A DNA stretch of 49,380 nt from Patescibacteria group bacterium (GTDB lineage: Bacteria > Patescibacteriota > Minisyncoccia > HO2-45-28), in NCBI GenBank assembly GCA_038064075.1, contig JBBTTU010000002.1, positions 1-49,380 of the forward strand, read 5' to 3'. The position numbers and the translations under genes are program-made. The notes beneath the pieces were generated by a model, which was not told the origin of the DNA, ran no database searches, and worked only from the letters and a program-made list of their open reading frames with translations. Of this stretch, positions 27,670-34,747 are shown one piece after another. Position 1 is the first letter of the stretch. Each line of letters opens with the position of its first letter.

Positions 27670-29214
27670 TTAAGTAGAAATAGACCCGGAAGAATTGGTG
27701 TTTTGGGATGGATTTTTGCAATCATTTAATTCTTTTTGGGTATCTGAAAGTTGTTTTTGCAGATCGGCCAGTTCCAAATTAGCCGCGCCTATTTCTTCGT
27801 CAGTGCGGATGTCTTGATGGGCTTGTCTCAACTGCCTTTGCAAAAATTCAAACTTTACCGGAGCTTCTTCGGTTTCAATCTGTTCTTTCAGGTCTTCAAT
27901 GGCTTCAATTTTCTTTTCAGAAGCCGTTATTTCGTTCTCAATCGGTTCCAGACGTTTTTTATTAAGATCGTCCGTTATAATTTTAATTTCATTTTTATTT
28001 TTTCCTTGGCATATTTCTATTTCTTCTCCGGTTGTTGAAATGACTTTTTTTACGACTTCAACCGACTCTTTTTTTATTTTGATGTAATCGTTTTCTCTTT
28101 CAATGATTTGATCCGCCAACGTCAAAAGATCCGGCTTCATATTTTCAATCAGAGGATTGATGCTTGGAGGCGGCGGCGCCTGATAGCCGGCCACGCCTCC
28201 TTTTCCGGTCGTCAGCAATTTGCCGACGCCGAGCCGCAACAGAGCCGAAAGTATTTTGTTGAAAGAATCGGCCAGTTCAAGCCCGGTCAGGTCAGTTTTA
28301 AAAACAGCCGAAAGTTTGTCCGCGATTACCGCGCCCGGCGTTGAATTTGTGTATTTTTCACAAGGCTGAGTCGGGTCCTGTTCTTCTAGAACTGTTTTTC
28401 CGGTTTCAGGGTCTTTATAATGATCTATTACTCCGGTTGGTATTCCGTCGGCGTCTTCTTTGTAAACCGGAACGGATCCGGCTTTAATTGACGTAGGATA
28501 CTTTTGACATGTCTTAAAGCCAAGAAATCCTTTGCCGGAATCAATTTCGGCTTTTACGCCGGCTGTTTTTTCAAGAGCTTTGGCGTGCATCTGGTCCATT
28601 TTTACCAGAAAAGTTCCGAAAGCATTGTTATTGGTCTGGGTTGAAATTGCCAGAAACGACTGCCAGCCGCCGGTTTGAAAATTGGCGTACATTTGTTCAA
28701 CATTCATTCTGATGTCGGCAAAAGTGCATTTGGGCGGGGGCGCGACAGCCGAAAAAAGATTAACGACCAGTTCAAACCGGAACGGACTGCAGATAAGATT
28801 CAACTGATCCGGCGTTAGCATTTTTTCCAGAAAAAGGCCGGACGCCAGGTTGCCCGAAGTTTTTAAAAATCCTTCAAAATCAGTGATAAAAAGAGGTTGG
28901 CCCTCAAAGCCGTTGTTAATCCAGTTGACAATGTCGTCTGTAAGCGTCCTTAATGCCGCATTTGCGATCGCAAGGCCGATTGATTCCAGTATTTCATTTT
29001 TCAAACAATCCCAGCTCATGCTGGGAGGAATAATAGAATAACAGCTTTGAGTCGTTGGAATTGCCACTGCATTGCCGGCTCCGGACGGAGTGGCGCCGGC
29101 GGGCAGGGCATAAGCTTTTTCGGCAATGGAAAAAAGAGCGATAAACGATCCAAGCTCGCTTATCAGCAAAAGGGCGGCGATATATTTTTTTGATTTTGAA
29201 AAGCTCATTGTCAT
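27670..29214 (-). CDS. Secreted protein with C-terminal coiled coil, unknown family
   Basis: 514 aa. Signal/TM N-terminus. C-terminal heptad-like E/K/Q-rich region. ATGA overlap with the upstream gene. Confidence 0.5.
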   Translation of the reverse strand: MTMSFSKSKKYIAALLLISELGSFIALFSIAEKAYALPAGATPSGAGNAVAIPTTQSCYSIIPPSMSWDCLKNEILESIGLAIANAALRTLTDDIVNWINNGFEGQPLFITDFEGFLKTSGNLASGLFLEKMLTPDQLNLICSPFRFELVVNLFSAVAPPPKCTFADIRMNVEQMYANFQTGGWQSFLAISTQTNNNAFGTFLVKMDQMHAKALEKTAGVKAEIDSGKGFLGFKTCQKYPTSIKAGSVPVYKEDADGIPTGVIDHYKDPETGKTVLEEQDPTQPCEKYTNSTPGAVIADKLSAVFKTDLTGLELADSFNKILSALLRLGVGKLLTTGKGGVAGYQAPPPPSINPLIENMKPDLLTLADQIIERENDYIKIKKESVEVVKKVISTTGEEIEICQGKNKNEIKIITDDLNKKRLEPIENEITASEKKIEAIEDLKEQIETEEAPVKFEFLQRQLRQAHQDIRTDEEIGAANLELADLQKQLSDTQKELNDCKNPSQNTNSSGSIST

Positions 29215-30251
29215 AAGGCGCTGGTTTGGTTTAATTGCTTGTCAATTTCAACGAATATATATCCGTCTTCGCCGGTTTTAAATTCAATGCCGTCAACCAG
29301 AAATTTGATTATGAGTCCCGAGAGCGCGGCGGAAGAACGTTTTACTTCCTGCTGATAATCATTTATGGCTAAAATGCCTTTGAAAGGATCGGCGCCGAAA
29401 TTGCTGAAAACGGCGTTGATCGCGGCAAAATTGTTGAAACTGCCGGCTATATCGGCGTGATAGGCGGCGTAATCCGGCGGAACCGCGAGGGCGCGCATTT
29501 TGGCCGCCGAATCAAGATAGGCTTTTTGATAATCTTTAAAAATGCTCAGTCCTTCATAATCTCCGTTTTCAGACGCCTCGGTCAAAATATCTTTTAAAAG
29601 CAGCATTTCATTCAATGAATTTTTTTTAAATCCCGATTTGATTATTGCGCCCAAAGCATTGGCGTAATTTTTGATGTTTTCTTTGGAATTGCTGGAGAGT
29701 TTGGCATCCTTGGCTGAAAATGAGCCGGTTGGCGCGGGACCGCTTGATTTTTGTTCTTTTTCAAGCCTGGAAATCAAGGAATTGTAAAGTTCTTCTTGAA
29801 TCTGGTTGTCGTCCAGTCCCTGATTTTTTAAAGAAACATAATCGCTAAAAAAATTGCGGGCAATGTCGGCGCTAAGAGTTGATTTTTTTTCTTCGGCGTT
29901 AGATTCGTCCGGCAGCCGCTTTTTGGCGGATTGAGTCGCGTCCAAAGAATCGGGCGGCGGCTTTAAAGGATTGCGGCCGAGCTTTATTTCCTGTCCGTCA
30001 GGCGCGCCGTCGCCGTCAGTGTCGGGATTGTTCGGGTTAGTTCCCCACAGCCGCTCTTCCCAGTCTTTAAGGCCGTCGCGATCCGAATCGGGATTTTCAT
30101 CAGCCGTTTTAGATACTGCGGCCGTCAGAATTTTTGGCTGATTTTGAATTCCGGGCTGCCGATTTCGGTAAATGAACCAAAATCCGCCTGCAACCACGGC
30201 CAAGGCTAAAATCAGACTTAAAATTATTTTTTTGTTCGCAAAAAATGTCAA
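29211..30251 (-). CDS. Membrane-anchored protein with thrombospondin type-3-like Ca-binding repeats
   Basis: TTG start and N-terminal TM helix. DSDRDGLKDWEE and DTDGDGAPDGQE are DxDxDG motifs. First gene of the operon. Confidence 0.55.
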   Translation of the reverse strand: MTFFANKKIILSLILALAVVAGGFWFIYRNRQPGIQNQPKILTAAVSKTADENPDSDRDGLKDWEERLWGTNPNNPDTDGDGAPDGQEIKLGRNPLKPPPDSLDATQSAKKRLPDESNAEEKKSTLSADIARNFFSDYVSLKNQGLDDNQIQEELYNSLISRLEKEQKSSGPAPTGSFSAKDAKLSSNSKENIKNYANALGAIIKSGFKKNSLNEMLLLKDILTEASENGDYEGLSIFKDYQKAYLDSAAKMRALAVPPDYAAYHADIAGSFNNFAAINAVFSNFGADPFKGILAINDYQQEVKRSSAALSGLIIKFLVDGIEFKTGEDGYIFVEIDKQLNQTSAL

Positions 30252-30277
30252 AATTTCGGGTCGTTTGACCCTACTTT

Positions 30278-30286
30278 ATTATAGCA
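30278..30286 (-). promoter_or_regulatory. Extended -10 element TGCTATAAT (minus strand)
   Basis: AATGCTATAAT lies ~27 nt upstream of the TTG start at 30251. The same 11-mer occurs at the uvrD promoter. Confidence 0.4.
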
Positions 30287-30322
30287 TTACGATTTTATCT
30301 TATTTTTTTTGAGCTTTTTAAA

Positions 30323-30331
30323 TGTGGATAA
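30323..30331 (-). promoter_or_regulatory. Perfect DnaA-box consensus (TTATCCACA on minus strand)
   Basis: TGTGGATAA on the + strand, about 40 nt upstream of the -10 of the T4SS-like operon. Confidence 0.4.
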
Positions 30332-30372
30332 GTGTGTGTTTAATTTGTTGAAAAACAGCAAATTAAAGGAGT

Positions 30373-30750
30373 TTAACAGAAAAGATTGAGGCCGGCTGCC
30401 ATTCCCACAACGAAAACTCCGAAAGTTATTCCGAGATGGCTGGTTTTGTAGCCGTAGCCCAAGACCAAATTGCCGGTGCAGGGAGGACCGATCAGTCCGG
30501 CGACTGCCCAGACACTGGCCATTTCAGGAGAAGTTGGTTTTACCACAATTACAGCCGGACCGCCGAGTTTGCCCCACAGGCCGGTTCCTACGCCGACAAT
30601 GATGATTCCGCCGACAAAAGCGAAATCGCCGCCGGCGGCGTAAATGAAACTGGTCGGCAACAAAAGAGGCGTTAAAGCCAAAGAGCAAATTATCATCGCC
30701 GGAATTATTTTAGCCATTATTTTAAGTTTAACACGATTAGTTTCATTCAA
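30373..30750 (-). CDS. Small glycine-rich hydrophobic protein (hypothetical)
   Basis: 125 aa (alternative start Met12 at 30717). Signal-like N-terminus ending IYAAGG, then GxxxG-rich hydrophobic segments. Confidence 0.4.
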   Translation of the reverse strand: MNETNRVKLKIMAKIIPAMIICSLALTPLLLPTSFIYAAGGDFAFVGGIIIVGVGTGLWGKLGGPAVIVVKPTSPEMASVWAVAGLIGPPCTGNLVLGYGYKTSHLGITFGVFVVGMAAGLNLFC

Positions 30751-31555
30751 CTATCTTTATTTTCCTAACTTGGGAGTCGGACTCCCAAGTTAGACAAGCC
30801 CAGTTTTCCAGCGTCAAATCTTCGGCACGGGCGGTTGGGGAAATGCCGCATTGATCAAAACTTTTAGCTTGTAACTTATAACTTTTCAGATTATTGCTTA
30901 ATGTTTTTCTTTTATGAGCAAAGCCGGTTTTAACAAGGTTGAAAAAGATTTTTTGGCTTATTTTGTTTTCTTTAAAAAAGTCGGGCACCCGTTTTTTAAG
31001 AACAATCACTGCCGAATCAACTTTTGGCCGGGGCCGAAAATAATTTTTAGACAAATAAAAAGCGATTTTCGGTTCGGCAAAAACCTGAACCGAGACAGCC
31101 AGTAAATTCATTTTCGGCCGGCCCATAATCCGCCGGGATACTTCTTTTTGCAGCATTAAAACATAAAGTTCAGCTTTGAGGGCAGAGCGTTTAGATGACG
31201 GATTGAGCAGTAAACGTAAGAGCCGGCCGGTAAGGTAATAAGGAATATTGGCAACGATTTTATCAGCTTTTAGTTTGGAAGCGCCGGTTTTTAGAAAATC
31301 GCGGATATCGGAATGTATTAAAATCAAGCGGCCGGCTTTGATAAATTCCGCGAATTTCCGGTCCAAAAAATTGAAAAGTTCGGCGTCTTTTTCAACCGCG
31401 ATCGTTTTTTTGGCTTTTTTGAGGATTTCTCCGGTTAAAATTCCTTTGCCCGGTCCGATTTCCAGAACAAAGTCGTTTTTATCAATATCGGCGGCTTTGA
31501 CCATTTTGGCGGCAACGGATTTTGAAGTTAGAAAATGCTGGCCAAGTTTTGTCAT
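30743..31555 (-). CDS. rsmA: 16S rRNA (adenine1518/1519-N6)-dimethyltransferase RsmA/KsgA
   Basis: 270 aa. LGQHFLTSKSV and VLEIGPGKGILT SAM motif. Confidence 0.9.
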   Translation of the reverse strand: MTKLGQHFLTSKSVAAKMVKAADIDKNDFVLEIGPGKGILTGEILKKAKKTIAVEKDAELFNFLDRKFAEFIKAGRLILIHSDIRDFLKTGASKLKADKIVANIPYYLTGRLLRLLLNPSSKRSALKAELYVLMLQKEVSRRIMGRPKMNLLAVSVQVFAEPKIAFYLSKNYFRPRPKVDSAVIVLKKRVPDFFKENKISQKIFFNLVKTGFAHKRKTLSNNLKSYKLQAKSFDQCGISPTARAEDLTLENWACLTWESDSQVRKIKIVE

Positions 31556-33489
31556 AATTCAATAATTTTTTCTTTGCCGGCCGAGTTTATCAGTTCAAAC
31601 GGAATATCTTGCAGGAATCTGGAAGGCATATTTGCCTGTTTTTCGCCGAAAATAGTGCGCAAGAGCGCCAAAGACAAGAAAACTTTTTTGCGGGCGCGCG
31701 TCAGCGCGACATAAAAAAGCCGGCGTTCCTCTTCTATTCTGGTTTTTTCAGCGTCCCCGCCGATTGCCGAATGAGGAAAAAGCCCGTCTTCCAGTCCGGC
31801 AATGAAGACATTGTCAAATTCCAAGCCTTTGGCGGCATGAACCGTGGTTAAAGGCACTCCCCTTTTTTTTAAGTCTGGCGCGTCGGATTCCGACATCAGC
31901 GCCGCTTCTTCCAGAATTTTAAGCAGGCCCTCGGGCGCTTTTAAGCCGTCAAAACGGCGGGCCAGCGCCGCCAATTCTTTGATATTGGCAATGCGCATCA
32001 GGTCTTCTTCAATTTTCGGATCAAAAATATCAAGGTAGCCGCTTTTTTGGATGGCGCTGGCAACGGCTTTTGAAGCCGGAAGCCGGGTTGCGCCGGTTTT
32101 GATTTCAGCCAGGACCGTTTCAAAATTACGGATTTTTTTCTGTTCGGCATCGCTCAATTTTGATCCTGAAAAATAGCGGGCCGTCAAAACCTTGCCGATT
32201 TCTCTGGATGGGACATTAATGATTCTTTTTTTGCTGATCAAATCGCCGGAATTAAGGGCTGAACGAAGATATGCCAGGATATCCTTGATTTCTTTCCGGG
32301 CGTAAAATTTGACTCCGACGACGTAGTACGGAATCTCGTATGCCAGAAATTTTTCTTCCAAAACCCGCGATTGGAAATTAGCCCGGAAAAGCACTGCCGT
32401 TTCGTTCGGTTTATGGCCGGATTCAATCAGATTTTTTGTTTTGTCGGCGATAAATTCGGCTTCTTCATCTTCGCTTCCGGCGACGAACAATTCCAGTTTT
32501 TCTCCGCCGGTTTGCCGGGTAAACAAGTTTTTCGGTTTTCGCAGTTTGTTTTTGGCAATAACCGCGTTGGCGGCGTCCAAAATCGGCCTTAGCGAGCGGT
32601 AATTTTCTTCAAGAGTGATGATTTTTGCCCCCGGCCAGTCAGATTCAAATTTTAAAATATTTCTGAAATCGGCGCCGCGGAAAGAATAAATTGATTGATC
32701 CATGTCCCCGACAACGCAGATATTTGAATGTTTGGCGGCAAGCATATTGGCCAGCCGGTATTGAACCGAATCAGTGTCCTGATATTCGTCAATGTTTATA
32801 AATTGCCACTGTTCTTGATATTTGGCTAAAATATCTGGACGCTTTTCAAAAAGCGCCGCCGTTTTGACCAAAAGATCGTCAAAATCAAGCGACTGGGCCG
32901 TTCGCAGTTTTTCTTCGTAAATCCGCCGGATTTGGGCTAAAATTTTAAGAAAATAATTGTCAGCTTCGTTTTCCAAATCGTCTATCTTTATCAGATCGCC
33001 TTTTTGGCGCGAAATAATGTTTTTTATTTTGGACGGTTGGAATTGTTTAGGGTCAAGAATCAGTTCTTTTATTGCTTCTTTGACGAGAGCCAGCGAGTCT
33101 TCTTCATCAAGGATTGTAAAATGTTTGGCCAGCCCGGCAGCCTTATATTCCTGCCTTAATATAGCCGCTCCCAAGGAGTGAAATGTGCCGATCCATGGCA
33201 TAACATCTTTTAGCCCTTCGGCCCGAGTTCGGGACGAAGGCTGATAGCTGTCAGCTTGTAGAAGTTTAAAGATGCGTTCGCGCATTTCGCCGGCGGCCTT
33301 ATTGGTGAATGTCACGGCTAGAATTCGGTTCGGCGCGCAGCCTCGACTGATAAGATGGGCGATGCGATGGGTTAAAACCTTGGTTTTTCCGGATCCAGCG
33401 CCGGCAATAATCAAAAGCGGGCCGGTTTGATGCAAAACCGCCTCTTTTTGGGCCTTATTAAGATGATTTAAAGCATTTAAATTTGACAC
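31552..33489 (-). CDS. UvrD/PcrA-type superfamily 1 DNA helicase
   Basis: LNKAQKEAV...IIAGAGSGKT Walker A and IDEYQDT. Start moved to GTG 33489 (MSNLNALNHLNKAQ). The upstream 44 codons overlap promoter elements and the divergent gene. Confidence 0.9.
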   Translation of the reverse strand: MSNLNALNHLNKAQKEAVLHQTGPLLIIAGAGSGKTKVLTHRIAHLISRGCAPNRILAVTFTNKAAGEMRERIFKLLQADSYQPSSRTRAEGLKDVMPWIGTFHSLGAAILRQEYKAAGLAKHFTILDEEDSLALVKEAIKELILDPKQFQPSKIKNIISRQKGDLIKIDDLENEADNYFLKILAQIRRIYEEKLRTAQSLDFDDLLVKTAALFEKRPDILAKYQEQWQFINIDEYQDTDSVQYRLANMLAAKHSNICVVGDMDQSIYSFRGADFRNILKFESDWPGAKIITLEENYRSLRPILDAANAVIAKNKLRKPKNLFTRQTGGEKLELFVAGSEDEEAEFIADKTKNLIESGHKPNETAVLFRANFQSRVLEEKFLAYEIPYYVVGVKFYARKEIKDILAYLRSALNSGDLISKKRIINVPSREIGKVLTARYFSGSKLSDAEQKKIRNFETVLAEIKTGATRLPASKAVASAIQKSGYLDIFDPKIEEDLMRIANIKELAALARRFDGLKAPEGLLKILEEAALMSESDAPDLKKRGVPLTTVHAAKGLEFDNVFIAGLEDGLFPHSAIGGDAEKTRIEEERRLFYVALTRARKKVFLSLALLRTIFGEKQANMPSRFLQDIPFELINSAGKEKIIEL

Positions 33490-33498
33490 ATTGATCAA

Positions 33499-33507
33499 AT
33501 TATAGCA
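33499..33507 (-). promoter_or_regulatory. Extended -10 element TGCTATAAT for uvrD/pcrA (minus strand)
   Basis: Only 9 nt separate the hexamer from GTG 33489, which implies a leaderless or near-leaderless mRNA. Confidence 0.4.
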
Positions 33508-33517
33508 TTTTTTGGGC

Positions 33518-33526
33518 TGTGGATAA
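33518..33526 (-). promoter_or_regulatory. Perfect DnaA-box consensus (TTATCCACA on minus strand)
   Basis: TGTGGATAA on the + strand, overlapping the expected -35 position of the uvrD promoter. Confidence 0.4.
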
Positions 33527-33541
33527 ATCGTTGTTGCCGGA

Positions 33542-33570
33542 TTGACTTTCGGCCTTGGCAGGGCTAGTAT
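33542..33570 (+). promoter_or_regulatory. Sigma-70-like promoter TTGACT-17-TAGTAT
   Basis: TTGACT 33542-33547, a 17-nt spacer, then TAGTAT 33565-33570. Points at the LysM/M23 gene. Confidence 0.4.
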
Positions 33571-34730
33571 TAAATAGAACCGCAAGCTTAGCGGTTTCTT
33601 TATTACAGAAAGGCCGAGCAAGTCCGTTTTCCTTTAATTTAAACCTTATTTTAGAAATATACGAATGTTCTGCCGATCAATCTCAAAGATCCGGCAAGAA
33701 CTATATAAAACCTTTTAAGAAACTTTTTTGGCCAAAGAACCTTTTGGTCATTGGTTTTGTTTTTGGCTTGTTTTTAGCCGCCGTTTCTCCGGCCGAAGCC
33801 GGCATTTTTAATATAATTAAAAATATTTTTAAATCCGAGGTTCAAGTCGAGACCGCTGCGGTTTTCAACATCCAGAATATGCCGCTTTTGGATGCTCCGA
33901 CCAATATTGATCCTTTGGCCGGCACCGGCGGCGGTGAAATAAATATTGTTCAGAATAACGCTCTTTTGCCGGTCACCGGACCGATGGGCAGCATTGCCGA
34001 TATTGATGTTAACGCCAAAAATAACAGTCAAATTTCAGTGTATATTGTGCGCGACAAAGATAATCTTTCAAGCATTGCCAAAATGTTCGGAGTTTCGGTC
34101 AATACTATTATTTGGGCCAATGATCTTAAACGCGGCGATCTGATCACTCCCGGCCAGACTTTGATCATTCTTCCGGTTTCGGGCGTCCAATATGTTGTCA
34201 AAGACGGCGATACTTTGCCGGCTATTGCCAAAAAGTTTAAAGGCGATGTTGACGAAATCATTAATTTTAATGACTTGCCGGCCAGCGGCCCGCTGGCAGC
34301 CGGCCAGACTATTGTTATTCCAAATGGAGAATCATATCTGATTGCGACTCCTTCGCGTTTGCTCGGCGGCGGCGGACCAAGCTATAGCGGTTATTATATC
34401 CGGCCGGTTGCCGGCGGACGAAAAAGCCAGGGACTTCACGGCTATAACGGCGTAGACTTGGCTGACTACTGCGGAGCTCCGGTTGTCGCTTCGGCTTCGG
34501 GCGACGTGATTGTCAGCCGGACTTACGGCTGGAACGGCGGATACGGGCTTTATGTCGTGCTTAATCATCTTAATAACACTCAGACTCTTTACGCTCATTT
34601 GAGCAAAATTGCGGTGCAAAGCGGCTGGCATGTGGTTCAGGGACAGGTGATCGGCTACATCGGTTCAACCGGCAATTCCACTGGCTGCCACGTTCATTTT
34701 GAGGTTCGCGGCGCGAAAAATACTATTTAA
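33555..34730 (+). CDS. LysM-domain M23 family metallopeptidase (start uncertain)
   Basis: Two LysM-like segments (YIVRDKDNLSSIAKMFGVSVNTIIWAN; YVVKDGDTLPAIAKKF). M23 motifs HGYNGVDLA and GNSTGCHVHFEVR. The listed TTG 33555 lies inside the predicted promoter. In-frame TTG 33744 would give MVIGFVFGLFLAAVSPAEA. Confidence 0.8.
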   Translation: MAGLVLNRTASLAVSLLQKGRASPFSFNLNLILEIYECSADQSQRSGKNYIKPFKKLFWPKNLLVIGFVFGLFLAAVSPAEAGIFNIIKNIFKSEVQVETAAVFNIQNMPLLDAPTNIDPLAGTGGGEINIVQNNALLPVTGPMGSIADIDVNAKNNSQISVYIVRDKDNLSSIAKMFGVSVNTIIWANDLKRGDLITPGQTLIILPVSGVQYVVKDGDTLPAIAKKFKGDVDEIINFNDLPASGPLAAGQTIVIPNGESYLIATPSRLLGGGGPSYSGYYIRPVAGGRKSQGLHGYNGVDLADYCGAPVVASASGDVIVSRTYGWNGGYGLYVVLNHLNNTQTLYAHLSKIAVQSGWHVVQGQVIGYIGSTGNSTGCHVHFEVRGAKNTI

Positions 34731-34747
34731 GTTAGTGTCGCAAAATT

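Noticed and set aside
33490-33621. N-terminal 44 codons of the uvrD/pcrA ORF
   Set aside because: They contain the TGCTATAAT element, a DnaA box and the divergent promoter. The helicase homology begins right after GTG 33489.
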